DNA from: Vulcanimicrobiota bacterium
GTDB lineage: Bacteria > Vulcanimicrobiota > Xenobia > Xenobiales > JADMJV01
Direction of reading: 5' to 3'
Assembly (NCBI GenBank): GCA_023447635.1
Contig: JAEXNA010000085.1
Coordinates: forward strand, 200 to 64,199
DNA length: 64,000 nucleotides
The notes beneath the pieces are model-generated. The model was not told the DNA's origin. It saw only the letters and a program-made list of their open reading frames with translations, and searched no databases. Numbering within the stretch: position 1 is the stretch's first letter; each line of letters begins with the position of its first letter. The translations under genes and the position numbers were made by a program. This document shows positions 9,201 through 19,979 of the stretch, piece after piece.

Positions 9201-9488
9201 ATGATTTGGATGGATTTAACCCGGTTCGCCCACAAAAAGGGAATGGGATCGACCAAGAACGGTCGCGATTCCAACGCCAAGCGCCTGGGCGTGAAGCGTT
9301 ACGGTGGTCAGGTCGTTTCCGCCGGCAGCATCCTGGTGCGCCAGCGCGGCAACAAGTTCTACCCCGGTGAGAACGTCATGGCCGGTCGCGACCACACCCT
9401 GTTCGCTACCGTCGACGGCGTGGTGAAGTTCGAGAATAAGGCTAACAAGGCCCTCATCTCGGTGGTCGCCGAGGAAGCCGAAGCTTAA
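9201..9488 (+). CDS. rpmA: 50S ribosomal protein L27 with N-terminal extension
   Basis: [28 protein letters not shown] is the conserved L27 N-terminus. It is preceded in frame by [13 protein letters not shown] lies 8 nt upstream of the ATG at 9201. No in-frame start codon lies directly before AHKK. Confidence 0.9.
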   Translation: MIWMDLTRFAHKKGMGSTKNGRDSNAKRLGVKRYGGQVVSAGSILVRQRGNKFYPGENVMAGRDHTLFATVDGVVKFENKANKALISVVAEEAEA

Positions 9489-9517
9489 GCTTCCCTTCTT
9501 CAACCGTAAGCGAGAAG

Positions 9518-11012
<1,495 letters not shown>

Positions 11013-11061
11013 GGGCGTGCCCAGTCCGGTCATGAGACTGGACCTGGATGGGAGAAAGAAA

Positions 11062-11099
11062 AGAGCCCCGGTCTCTGACGAGACCGGGGCTCTTTCGCG
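11062..11099. terminator. Bidirectional rho-independent terminator between obg (+) and the Big_2 lipoprotein gene (-)
   Basis: AGAGCCCCGGTCTC tgac GAGACCGGGGCTCT TTCGCG: a perfect 14-bp stem with an A-rich 5' flank (GAAAGAAA). Confidence 0.75.
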
Positions 11100-11114
11100 T
11101 CGTCGGACGAGACT

Positions 11115-12875
11115 CTAGGTGTTGCTAGAGGTCACGCGGATGTTGTTGAACAGGAAGGCAGCCGTAGGGGAAACACTTTCCATGCCCGGACGGATCTGGA
11201 AGAGCAGGCGGTCGACGAGGGTCGGCGAGGCCAGTACCGGAGTGTTCCTGAAGTAGTCTTCCCAGCCGGTGCCGGTGTGAACAGTAGCTCCATCAACGTA
11301 AATGGTCAGCTCGTCGTTGGCCTCGATGTCTCCAGGTCCATCTACGGCTTTCCAGACAATGCGTATGTTGTGCGGTGTGGTGCGGCTCAAATTGCTGGCG
11401 ATGGTTTCTCCATCAGTGAACGCTCCGGTGTTAGGGCCGGTTCGTTCGTAGTTGAACAGCACGACATCAGTTCCGGTCACGTTGTCGACCAGGCGGATCA
11501 CGCTCTGGCGGCCTTCGTCGTCGTCGCTAGGACCGATGTTGATCCGCAGCCCCTCCTGATAGGCTTCGCTAGAGGTGGTGAAATCGAAGGAGGCGTCGAA
11601 AGTGTTGTTCCGCGTCACGTTAAGGGGGGCGGCACCGGTCTCTCCAACAGGAACGGCCAGCGGCGGGGTCTGAAGAGCGGCGTTGAAGGCGTTCTCCGTG
11701 GCGCCGCCTTCAACTCGCAGAGCCCGGGTGCCGAAGTCGGCAAAAGCGGCTCCCGTGCGGTTGACGTTAGCGATGACAGCGGTCATGCCGCCATCGTTAG
11801 AGTAGCCGGTTTGTCCGTCGATCTCGCCGGTGTTGAAGGTGTCGAAGTTGCTGTCGCTTCCCGCGATTACGGTCACGGTCGAAGTGGCGTTCAGGGTCGC
11901 GCCGCCAGCGGCGTTGTCGCCCGTGTAGGTCACGGTGATGGTGGCGTTGCCGATACCGGTGCTCTGGACTACCAGGGTACCGCCGGTCTCGTTGACGGTG
12001 GCTACGGCGGGGTCGCTGCTCACGGCTTCGAAGTCGGCAGCCGTCAGGGTCGCCGTCTGGTTGTTCGCGTCGATTCCGTTCACCGTCAGGGTGGCGGTCT
12101 CGTTGACTAACAGCGTGCTGCTGGCGGGCTGGACTTGCAGACCGGTGTAGGCGCCCACGGGAGGGTTGCCTACGCTGACGGCGACAGTGTCGACGATAGC
12201 GGTGTCGCCCAGGGTCACGGTCACGGTGACGGTGGCGTTGCCTTGGGCTTCGCCGCGCACCTGGCCAGAGGCGCTGACGCTGGCGATGCCGGCGGGTTCG
12301 ACCTCGTAGCTGACGGTTCCGTCGGCGGTGGTGTTGCTGCCGGCCAGGTTAACGGTCGCTCCGTTGCTGAAGCTTGCCAGAACCGCCAGGTTGGCGGTCT
12401 GGTTCAGGGCCAACTGCAGGCTGGCGGGGGTTACGTTCAGCTCTTCGAAGGTGACCGCTTCGGCGACGGCGCCGGTGAAGTCGACCACAGTGTTCTGCAG
12501 GACGGTCACGGGGCTGGCGACGGTTACGACCGTCAGCGGAACGCCGTTCGCGCCCAGGAAGGTCAGGACGCTCGAGCGCACCGAGGCGGGTACGTTGGTG
12601 AGGGTGATGCTATCCGCGTAGGTGCGGGTCTCGTCGACCACCTGGTCGCCACTTCCGGCATCGCCGGTGAACAGTTCGAAGCGGATCGCTTCGGTGCCGG
12701 CGGGAACGCCGTAGGCTGCCTGGGCCAGAGGTTGGGTGAAGTTGTAGGTCAGAGAGCCCGTGTTGGGGGTCGGCGCGGTGCCGGTGTAGACATACTCTTC
12801 TCTGCTGTCTCCGCAGCCCACGATCAGGAGGGCGGCGGCCAACAGAAATAGGAGTCTTCGTGTATAGTTTAACAA
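11115..12875 (-). CDS. Surface/secreted lipoprotein with tandem bacterial Ig-like (Big_2-like) domains and a C-terminal LamG/concanavalin-like domain
   Basis: Lipobox LIVGC after a hydrophobic leader. Repeated T/V/A/N-rich Ig-like segments (NATVTVTVTLGDTAIVDTVAVSVG, NATITVTYTGDN...). Beta-rich C-terminal domain. TTG start with AAGGGA upstream. Confidence 0.65.
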   Translation of the reverse strand: MLNYTRRLLFLLAAALLIVGCGDSREEYVYTGTAPTPNTGSLTYNFTQPLAQAAYGVPAGTEAIRFELFTGDAGSGDQVVDETRTYADSITLTNVPASVRSSVLTFLGANGVPLTVVTVASPVTVLQNTVVDFTGAVAEAVTFEELNVTPASLQLALNQTANLAVLASFSNGATVNLAGSNTTADGTVSYEVEPAGIASVSASGQVRGEAQGNATVTVTVTLGDTAIVDTVAVSVGNPPVGAYTGLQVQPASSTLLVNETATLTVNGIDANNQTATLTAADFEAVSSDPAVATVNETGGTLVVQSTGIGNATITVTYTGDNAAGGATLNATSTVTVIAGSDSNFDTFNTGEIDGQTGYSNDGGMTAVIANVNRTGAAFADFGTRALRVEGGATENAFNAALQTPPLAVPVGETGAAPLNVTRNNTFDASFDFTTSSEAYQEGLRINIGPSDDDEGRQSVIRLVDNVTGTDVVLFNYERTGPNTGAFTDGETIASNLSRTTPHNIRIVWKAVDGPGDIEANDELTIYVDGATVHTGTGWEDYFRNTPVLASPTLVDRLLFQIRPGMESVSPTAAFLFNNIRVTSSNT

Positions 12876-13064
12876 TTGATATCCCTTGTATTGATTCTTC
12901 TGCTCTCAGAAGAGACAGAGGGCATGACCTTCTTCTACTCCTGTGGAGGTCCTGTGCAGGAGTACGAATCAACGACAATTGGAGGCCCTGGGATGGGGCG
13001 GGGGGAGACCAGGGGTGTTATCCCGGTATGGGGTCGCGTTGCGGAGAAGCGGGTGACGACTCCG

Positions 13065-13757
13065 TTAGGTGGGAGCGACCTTGGCTGGGCGCTTACGGAT
13101 CTCGAGATTCCTTTTGTCTTCAAGTCCGCGCTGTTTTTTGCTCGAGGCCCAGGAGCAGATGGGGCAGTCTTCGAGTTTGTGGTAAAGCGCGGGGCAGTAC
13201 TGGCGGCCAAAATAGATGATCTGCAAGTGCAGCTTGGCCCAGGTTTCTCGAGGGAACACGGCCTTGAGGTCTTTTTCCGTCTGAACAACGTTTTTGCCGT
13301 TGGACAGCCCCCAGCGCTCGGCGAGCCGGTGGATATGGGTGTCGACCGGAAAAGCGGGAAATCCGAAGGCCTGGGCCATGACGACCGAGGCCGTCTTGTG
13401 GCCCACGCCGGGAAGGCTCTCCAGCTCCTCGAGGGTGCGCGGCGTCTCGCCTCCGTACTGCTCGACCAGGATCGTCGATAACTTCGAGATGTTGGCTGCT
13501 TTGGTAGGAGCCAGGCCGATCTGTCGGATCAGTTCGCGAATCTCTTCCACCGGAAGGGCGCTCATCGCCCCGGGCGTAGCCGCACGGGCGAACAACGCCG
13601 GAGTGACCTCGTTGACCTTCTTGTCGGTCGTCTGGGCGCTGAGCAAGACGGCGAGCAGCAGGGTGTAAGGGTCGGTGTGGTCCAGCGGAATCGGGGGATG
13701 CGGGAACAGCTCCTCGAGTTGTTCGAGGATCCGCTGAGCTTTCTCTTTGCGTGTCAC
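13065..13757 (-). CDS. nth: Endonuclease III (DNA glycosylase / AP lyase)
   Basis: Helix-hairpin-helix GPD motif LPGVGHKTASVVM...PVDTHIHR and the LSAQTTDKKVN motif are present. The C-terminal Cys cluster has only three Cys (CPALYHKLEDCPIC). Confidence 0.88.
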   Translation of the reverse strand: MTRKEKAQRILEQLEELFPHPPIPLDHTDPYTLLLAVLLSAQTTDKKVNEVTPALFARAATPGAMSALPVEEIRELIRQIGLAPTKAANISKLSTILVEQYGGETPRTLEELESLPGVGHKTASVVMAQAFGFPAFPVDTHIHRLAERWGLSNGKNVVQTEKDLKAVFPRETWAKLHLQIIYFGRQYCPALYHKLEDCPICSWASSKKQRGLEDKRNLEIRKRPAKVAPT

Positions 13758-13760
13758 GGG

Positions 13761-14723
13761 TTAGCTGGAGGGGGTCAGCTCTTTCCGCATGGCGGAAAGC
13801 TCTTTAGGAAGGGTGAACTGCACGTCTTCCTCGATCACGTCGAGGTCGCAGAACTCGATGCTAAAGTTCTTTTCCAGCCAGCGGACGACATCTTGGACGA
13901 GGTGTTCGGGGGCGCTGGCGCCAGCGGTGATGCCCAGGCGCTTGATACCTTCGAACATCTCGACCCTCAACTGGCCGCTGTCGTTGATCAGGTGCGAGCG
14001 GCAGCCGCGGCTCTGAGCGACCTCGACGAGGCGGTTCGAGTTCGAGGAGGTCGGCGAACCGATCACCAGGATCATCTCGCACTTGTCGGTCATCTCTTTG
14101 ACCGCAGCCTGGCGGTTGGTGGTGGCGTAGCAGATGTCGTCCTTAGGGGGCGACTCGATGCCGGGGAAGCGAGCGCGCAGGGCGTCGATCACCGCCTGGG
14201 TGTCATCGATGGAAAGAGTGGTCTGAGTCAGGTAGACGATCTTGGCGTCGTCGGGGAACTCGAGTTTCGCGACGTCCTCCGGAGCCTCGACCAGAACCAT
14301 GGCTTGAGGAGCCTCTCCCATAGTGCCTTCCACTTCCACGTGGTTCCGGTGACCGATCAAGACAATCTGATAACCCTTCTTTGCATACCGGATCGCTTCC
14401 AGGTGCACTTTGGTCACCAGGGGACAGGTCGCGTCGATCACCTTGAGGTTGCGTCCCGCGGCCTGAGTACGGATCGACGGCGAGACGCCGTGGGCGGAGA
14501 AGATGGTGACCGCGCCTTCAGGGATCTCGGTCACGTCGTCGAGGAAGATGGCGCCTTTGCCGCGCAGATCGTTGACGACGTGATCGTTGTGCACGATCTC
14601 GTGGCGGACGTAGACCGGCGGTCCGTAGATGTCCAGGGCGATCTCTACTACATCGATGGCGCGATCCACGCCAGCGCAGAACCCGCGCGGTTTAGCCAGA
14701 AAAACTTTCATCATCTTCTCCAT
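13761..14723 (-). CDS. ispH: 4-hydroxy-3-methylbut-2-enyl diphosphate reductase
   Basis: Conserved Fe-S Cys motifs are present: FCAGVDRAI, ATCPLVTKVH and DICYATTNRQ. I chose the start MEKMMKVF (ATG 14723, with alternatives at 14714 and 14711). The 615-aa ORF extension upstream looks non-coding. Confidence 0.9.
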   Translation of the reverse strand: MEKMMKVFLAKPRGFCAGVDRAIDVVEIALDIYGPPVYVRHEIVHNDHVVNDLRGKGAIFLDDVTEIPEGAVTIFSAHGVSPSIRTQAAGRNLKVIDATCPLVTKVHLEAIRYAKKGYQIVLIGHRNHVEVEGTMGEAPQAMVLVEAPEDVAKLEFPDDAKIVYLTQTTLSIDDTQAVIDALRARFPGIESPPKDDICYATTNRQAAVKEMTDKCEMILVIGSPTSSNSNRLVEVAQSRGCRSHLINDSGQLRVEMFEGIKRLGITAGASAPEHLVQDVVRWLEKNFSIEFCDLDVIEEDVQFTLPKELSAMRKELTPSS

Positions 14724-14912
14724 TCGAAATCGGCGGCCTTTCGCTGCCGGGCTTGCGCCGTTCCCCCGTTTGGCTGGGGTTTGCGACCCCAGGCCTGGAG
14801 CACTTCCCCAGCTAGGGGCAGCGCCAAACGCCAGAGGCCACTTTACTTTGCCGTTCTCGGGGAATCCTCTGCCTGGGGCCAGGAACCCCGGACGGGTGAG
14901 GGAAGTTAAACC

Positions 14913-15683
14913 GTGGCCATGAAACGAAAGTTGCTCCTCCTCGCCTTGCTCTGGACCCTGCCGGTGGGCGCCCTGCCGTTGACTCCGACCGTCTATCTCA
15001 ACGAGAAAGTTCGTCTGTGCGAACTGGCGATCGGTCAACGGGCGACCTTGCGTTTCGACTTGCGTCCGATCGGGGGCGAGCATCTGAAGGTTCGTCTCTA
15101 TCGCCACGATCAGATGACGAACGACGAGCCGGTAAGAGAGTGGCTGCTCGATCGAGCGGCTGGGGAAGAGCGGCTTTCGTTTAAAGATCTTCCTCGCAAC
15201 GTCTACACGCTGACCGCTTTCGCTTGCGATGCGGAAGGTCAACCCCTGGCCCAGTCGGCCCCTTACATTCACGTGCAGTATGGCGGCTGGCGAGCCTGGG
15301 AGAAGTTTCAGCCGCTGGTCGAAGAGGTGAAGGAGGCGCCCGAGGCGTTCTCTGACCTGGACGTGGCAACCCGCATGAACAACCGCGATGTGCAGATCGC
15401 CATCGATCCTCCCGCCATCGTGGTGCGGCCGGGGGGCGAGGTGCAGCTGCGGGCCGGTTTCCGGGGGATGGAGCCAGAGCGGCTGCGCTGGTCCGTGGTG
15501 GGAGAGGGGAAACTCACGGCCATCGATGGCTACCACTACGTCTACACCGCCCCCACCGGTCAGGTCGGGAGCAAGTTGATTCGGGTCGAGATTCAGAGCG
15601 AAGCGCATCCCGACATCGTGGGCGGATCGATGATCCTGGTGACCGATGCCGATCCCGAAAGTCTGAACGGCTCCGGGGAGTAG
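14913..15683 (+). CDS. Secreted hypothetical protein
   Basis: Clear Sec signal peptide (MAMKRKLLLLALLWTLPVGA) and beta-rich composition. It occupies the strand opposite the spurious ispH ORF extension. Confidence 0.55.
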   Translation: MAMKRKLLLLALLWTLPVGALPLTPTVYLNEKVRLCELAIGQRATLRFDLRPIGGEHLKVRLYRHDQMTNDEPVREWLLDRAAGEERLSFKDLPRNVYTLTAFACDAEGQPLAQSAPYIHVQYGGWRAWEKFQPLVEEVKEAPEAFSDLDVATRMNNRDVQIAIDPPAIVVRPGGEVQLRAGFRGMEPERLRWSVVGEGKLTAIDGYHYVYTAPTGQVGSKLIRVEIQSEAHPDIVGGSMILVTDADPESLNGSGE

Positions 15684-15690
15684 TGCCCCT

Positions 15691-16821
15691 TTAGTTCGCT
15701 TCGGCGGGCGGTGTAACGCCCGGTCGGTCGTCTCGAACTCCGAAGTAGAAGGGACGGAATCCGACGACCTTATCGCCGTCGTAAAAGCGGGCGATCACTT
15801 TTTCGGCGTTGGCCTCGGGCGCGCCGCTGACCAGAAACGCGTTGTTTCCGGTCGGTTCGAACGTGTAGGAGCGTGATGGGTATCCGCTCTTGTCCAGCCA
15901 GACCACTCGAAAGTCGGGATGCTCCTTTTGCAGGCTCTCGTTCGGCTCGAAAGCGATGGCCAGCGGCTTCTCAGGGGCAAGCCAGTAGCGTCCTTTGGGA
16001 GAATGAGGGTAAGCGCTGACCGTTTCATTCACCGCCAGCGACCCGTCGCGCTGTAGCGCCTCTTTCATCGCGGGCGAAGACGCCTCTAAGCCCGTCAGGC
16101 TAAAATCGCCAGCTTCCAGGAACGAGCGGATTTCTCTATTTTCGACCTCCTGCGACAGCAGCAGCGAAGTCAGCGCGTTACCCTGAGCATGAGAGCCCGA
16201 TGAAAGGCTGATGCGCAGGTCCGTGTGATAGTGACGCACAGCGTCCTTCTCGGTGTAGTAGCCTTCGCCAAACTGAGCGTCGGGATTCAAGCGGTGGGCA
16301 AACAGGTCGGCCAGCCCTTCGTGCAGCCGGACGGTGGGTAGCTCTTCGGGCGAAGGTAGGTCGGGATACGCCTTGATCAGCAGGGCGTGAAAGATCTCGT
16401 GGTTGATGACGTCGTCCGAATCGAGGCCGGCATTCTTTACAGAGTCGAGATAGGGCAGGCAGATAGCGTCATTGACGAAATTGTAGCCGGTTCGCAGCGC
16501 ATCGGTGGCTTTGCCGACCTCGAATCGCAGTTCCGAAGCTACCGGGCCGAAGTTCTCCCGGAAATAGAGCATGGCGTCGTGGGCTACCGAGCGCAACCGC
16601 GCGAGGTCCCGCGGCGCGACTTCGGGCGAAGCTGCGATCACGATGGCGGGTAGCGCTTCTGTTTCCTCGGAAGGGCCGTCCGAAACGGCTGCGGCAGTGG
16701 CCTGAAAGCTCTCGTGGGGGGAGGGAAGGGCGGGCTCGTCTGCGAGAGGGGATGGCGAGCCAGCCGCCTTGGCGCGCTGGGGCGTCGGCGGAACGGAGCG
16801 GCTTTGCGAGGGGATGTTCAA
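15691..16821 (-). CDS. Putative gluzincin (thermolysin-like HExxH...E) zinc metallopeptidase
   Basis: HEIFH is followed 25 residues later by LHEGLADLF, resembling the M4-type HExxH ... NEAxSD arrangement. Pro/Ala/Ser-rich N-terminus without a signal peptide. The TTG start is poorly supported. Confidence 0.45.
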   Translation of the reverse strand: MNIPSQSRSVPPTPQRAKAAGSPSPLADEPALPSPHESFQATAAAVSDGPSEETEALPAIVIAASPEVAPRDLARLRSVAHDAMLYFRENFGPVASELRFEVGKATDALRTGYNFVNDAICLPYLDSVKNAGLDSDDVINHEIFHALLIKAYPDLPSPEELPTVRLHEGLADLFAHRLNPDAQFGEGYYTEKDAVRHYHTDLRISLSSGSHAQGNALTSLLLSQEVENREIRSFLEAGDFSLTGLEASSPAMKEALQRDGSLAVNETVSAYPHSPKGRYWLAPEKPLAIAFEPNESLQKEHPDFRVVWLDKSGYPSRSYTFEPTGNNAFLVSGAPEANAEKVIARFYDGDKVVGFRPFYFGVRDDRPGVTPPAEAN

Positions 16822-16922
16822 GCTAGAGAAGGTTCGTCTCCCTCATCCGTTTTCCTGTGGGCTGACGTCTCTGGAGCGATGTTGGGAATGGATTCGCGCG
16901 GAGACGACGAACGGGCGCCAAC

Positions 16923-17882
16923 ATGAGACTCTTCGCTCGGGCGCTTCGTCGCTTTTCCTTGCGCGGGCTCGCCGGGGTTGGGGCGCTCCTCTGGGTTCTG
17001 CACGCTCCTCTGGCCGCCCAGCAGCTCTATGTTCGTAATCAGCCTTTCGAAGGCGTGGTTTCCCGCGAGGCGGGGGCGCTCTGGGTCGACTTGGCCGTGC
17101 TGCAGCGAACCCTGGGTTTCGAGTCGACCCTGGAAACCGACGGAGCCAGAGTGCAGGGGAAACTGGTGCGGACTCGGACGGAGAGCGGGATCGTTCTGGT
17201 TTCGCTATCTCAGGTCGCGGCAGCGCTCGGAGCGGTGGTCCGTGAGGACCCCCAGTTCAACACCGTCGACGTGCACCTGGCGGTGAAGCCCAAAGTGGGT
17301 GTCGGGTTAGAGATAGGCGACTCTTCGTCCGTCTCGGTCCCCGGTGCCGAGGCGTCCGCTCCGCTGCCGCCCGGCGAGAAGGTCCAGACGGCAGCCTTCA
17401 ATTTCGTCCTACCCGAGGGGATGCTGGTCACTCGCGACCCGCGAATGATCCGGAGCTTTCTCGAGGATGGCGCCGGCCCGCTCGACGGCGACTTCAAGCT
17501 GGACGCGATGGTCTACTTCAAAGACGATCCCAAGTTCAAAAAAGGCGCCGCCGTCTTCAGCTGGTTTCTGGGAGATGTCCCGCCTGGTCTCGAGGACGAG
17601 CGACGGCTGCTAGCTTATCAGCAGCAGGCCGTGGCTTCGATCCTTGCGGACATGGGGGTCAGCTTGGCCGATATGCCCCAGGTGGTGAGTACGGGTGGCC
17701 AGCGCTTCGTGCTGGGGGCGGGGGTCTCACGACGCCCGCCGCCCAAGGGGCTGATGGCTCTACTGCGGATCGACCCGAAAAGAAAGCGCTACTATCAGGT
17801 CCTGGCCAGCGACATCTCCCAGTCCGAAGAGAAACCCACCGTCGCCTTCATGCAGCTGCTCTCGAGCGTGACGACGAAGTAG
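16923..17882 (+). CDS. Secreted hypothetical protein (N-terminal part resembles a copper-amine-oxidase-N/stalk-like domain)
   Basis: Signal peptide (LAGVGALLWVLHAPLAAQQ). The segment LYVRNQPFEGVV...LWVDLAVLQRTLGFE resembles Cu_amine_oxidN1-type domains, a weak call. Confidence 0.45.
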   Translation: MRLFARALRRFSLRGLAGVGALLWVLHAPLAAQQLYVRNQPFEGVVSREAGALWVDLAVLQRTLGFESTLETDGARVQGKLVRTRTESGIVLVSLSQVAAALGAVVREDPQFNTVDVHLAVKPKVGVGLEIGDSSSVSVPGAEASAPLPPGEKVQTAAFNFVLPEGMLVTRDPRMIRSFLEDGAGPLDGDFKLDAMVYFKDDPKFKKGAAVFSWFLGDVPPGLEDERRLLAYQQQAVASILADMGVSLADMPQVVSTGGQRFVLGAGVSRRPPPKGLMALLRIDPKRKRYYQVLASDISQSEEKPTVAFMQLLSSVTTK

Positions 17883-17892
17883 GCCGGCCCAC

Positions 17893-19251
17893 TCAGGAGC
17901 GAGCACGGAAGTGCAGCAGCAATTCCACGTGGTGGGTCTGCGGAAAGAAGTCGAACGCCTGATAGGCGAGCAGTTCATAAGAGGCGTCGAGATCGTCGAG
18001 CTCTTCCATCAGTCGATGGGGGTTACACGAGATGTAAAACAGCTCTTTGGAGGGCGGACGCTCGCGGAGCAGCTTGAGCAGCTTCGGGTGGCAGCCAGAG
18101 CGCGGGGGGTCTAGCAGCAGAAGGTCCGTTTCGAGATGGCTCCAGTTTTCGGCCGGCATGGCCTCGAAGCGCGCCTCGATACCGTTGCGGCTGGCGCTGA
18201 CTCTCGCATCGAGAACGGCCTGCTCGACCAGTTCCACCCCGGTCAGAGAATCGCCGGGACGGGCCAGGTAGAGCCCGATAGAGCCGACCCCACAAAAAAG
18301 ATCGAGTAAGCGACCACCGGTCGGGGTCTGGCGCCAGGCCTTCATCGTGTCGAGCAGGCGAAGGTAGGCAGGGGGGTTGACCTGATAAAAGGAGCGCCAG
18401 TTCAGTTCGAACTCGAGCTCTCCCAGCTTCTCGGTCCAGCTTTGAGGGCCGTACAGCGGCTCTTCCCGCTCCGGAACCACCGCGCCCGTGACGACAGACT
18501 GCCAGAGCAAAAGGGCGCCGCGGATCCCGGCCCGCTGAAGCCGGTCGATCAGCTCCTGGCGGGCTTCAGCGGTCAGGTCGGCGGTCGTTTGCACCACCAG
18601 CGCCAGCAGATCCTGATTGGAACTCGAGGAGCGGCGGTAGAGCAGGTAGCGCAGATCGCCCCCGCCGTGACGGCCATCCCAACCCTTGAGGTCGTAACGA
18701 TGGGCCCACTCTCGGAGGGAGGCGATCGTGGTGGCGGGAAGCGCGGTCAGCCAGCAGCGATGAACATCGACGAGTTTGTCGAAGCGGCCGCGTCGGTGAA
18801 ATCCCAGCCGGGTCACCCCGTCGGATTCTCGCAAGAAGCTCAGTTCGACTTTGGTGCGATAGGCAAACGCGGTGGGCGAACCGACCGGTGGGTGGGCTGC
18901 CGCCTCGGGGAACCGCTCGGCTAACTGGGCGTACAGGGGCGATGTCTTGACTTCCAGGGCGTGCTCTTCGGGCATCTGCTGCATAGTGCAACCGCCGCAA
19001 ACCCCAAAATGAGAGCAAACGACCGGACGGCGAAGCGGATGAGCTTGCTCGATCTGTAACAGGTCGCCCTGTTCGCCACGACGCCCACGCTTGCCGCGCC
19101 GAGCCCGCACCGTCTCTCCGGGGATACCGCTGTGAAAGTTCAGGGGTCGCCCCGTGCCGGGCAGTTCAATCCAGAACCGCCCCTTTTTGTCCGGTCCGAG
19201 GGTCACTCCGCTAAGCGGCGCCTGCCGTACCTGTCCTCGCCTTTTCGCCAT
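17893..19251 (-). CDS. 23S rRNA (uracil-C5)-methyltransferase, RumA/RlmD (TrmA) family
   Basis: Fe-S Cys cluster CSHFGVCGGCTMQQM, SAM motif LDLFCGVGSIGL, DPPRSGC and catalytic YISCNP are all present. Confidence 0.85.
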   Translation of the reverse strand: MAKRRGQVRQAPLSGVTLGPDKKGRFWIELPGTGRPLNFHSGIPGETVRARRGKRGRRGEQGDLLQIEQAHPLRRPVVCSHFGVCGGCTMQQMPEEHALEVKTSPLYAQLAERFPEAAAHPPVGSPTAFAYRTKVELSFLRESDGVTRLGFHRRGRFDKLVDVHRCWLTALPATTIASLREWAHRYDLKGWDGRHGGGDLRYLLYRRSSSSNQDLLALVVQTTADLTAEARQELIDRLQRAGIRGALLLWQSVVTGAVVPEREEPLYGPQSWTEKLGELEFELNWRSFYQVNPPAYLRLLDTMKAWRQTPTGGRLLDLFCGVGSIGLYLARPGDSLTGVELVEQAVLDARVSASRNGIEARFEAMPAENWSHLETDLLLLDPPRSGCHPKLLKLLRERPPSKELFYISCNPHRLMEELDDLDASYELLAYQAFDFFPQTHHVELLLHFRARS

Positions 19252-19355
19252 TCGGGCGCTTTGCGCTAAGCTACCTGGGAAATCCTGGAAGGGAGCCTAC
19301 AGTTGGTCGAGACGGTAGCAGTAATCCAAGGAAGGGGGGGCGAACGGCGCTGGCC

Positions 19356-19979
19356 ATGGCCAGTATCTATGAACTCAAAGGACGATTTCAGGGTCTGTTG
19401 CGCCCTCTTACGCGAGGGCTGGCTAAGGCCGGAGTGACGGCTAACGGCGTCACGACGGCGGCCCTGTTTCTCTCTCTGGCGATAGGGCTGGCCTGCTGGC
19501 TGATTCCGGATCCCAGAGTGCTGCTGTTACTCCCCATCGGACTGTTCGTCCGTATGGGTCTCAACGCCATCGACGGGATGCTGGCTCGAGAGCACGGGCA
19601 GAAGTCCGTGCTGGGCGGCTTCCTCAATGAGGTCGGCGACGTGCTGAGCGATGCGTTCGTCTACCTGCCGTTAGCCTGGCGCCCGGAGTTTTGTGGTAGT
19701 GCCATCGCGCTGTTCGTCGGGATGGCTTTCCTGACCGAGTTCGTGGGCGTGGTGGCCGTCAGTCAGGGCGCCAGCCGACGCTACGACGGTCCGATGGGGA
19801 AGAGCGATCGCGCTTTCCTGTTGGGCGCTATCGGTCTGCTTTTGGGGCAGGGGGTCAACCCGTTTCTGTGGTTGACCGCGCTGCTCTGGTTGGGCGTGGC
19901 GCTGGGCGCGCTCACGGTGGCTCGACGTGTGGGCCGCAGTCTCGAAGAGGTGCAATCAGATGAACTCCCTGTGGACTAA
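19356..19979 (+). CDS. CDP-alcohol phosphatidyltransferase family protein (YnbA-like)
   Basis: The NAIDGMLAREHGQKSVLGGFLNEVGDVLSD region matches the DG(x)2AR(x)8G...D(x)3D family signature. Multi-TM protein of 207 aa. Confidence 0.8.
   Translation: MASIYELKGRFQGLLRPLTRGLAKAGVTANGVTTAALFLSLAIGLACWLIPDPRVLLLLPIGLFVRMGLNAIDGMLAREHGQKSVLGGFLNEVGDVLSDAFVYLPLAWRPEFCGSAIALFVGMAFLTEFVGVVAVSQGASRRYDGPMGKSDRAFLLGAIGLLLGQGVNPFLWLTALLWLGVALGALTVARRVGRSLEEVQSDELPVD

Noticed and set aside
14724-14912. The 190-bp ispH / 14913 divergent intergenic region with several short GC hairpins (for example CTGGGGT-ttgcg-ACCCCAG at 14773-14791) as a possible regulatory RNA.
   Set aside because: I recognise no known motif, and short GC hairpins are expected by chance at this base composition.
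14724-15608. A roughly 295-codon upstream extension of the ispH ORF (13761..15608 as listed).
   Set aside because: IspH homology begins at MEKMMKVFLAKPRGFCAG. The extension has junk-like composition and overlaps a plus-strand ORF with a clean signal peptide (14913..15683).
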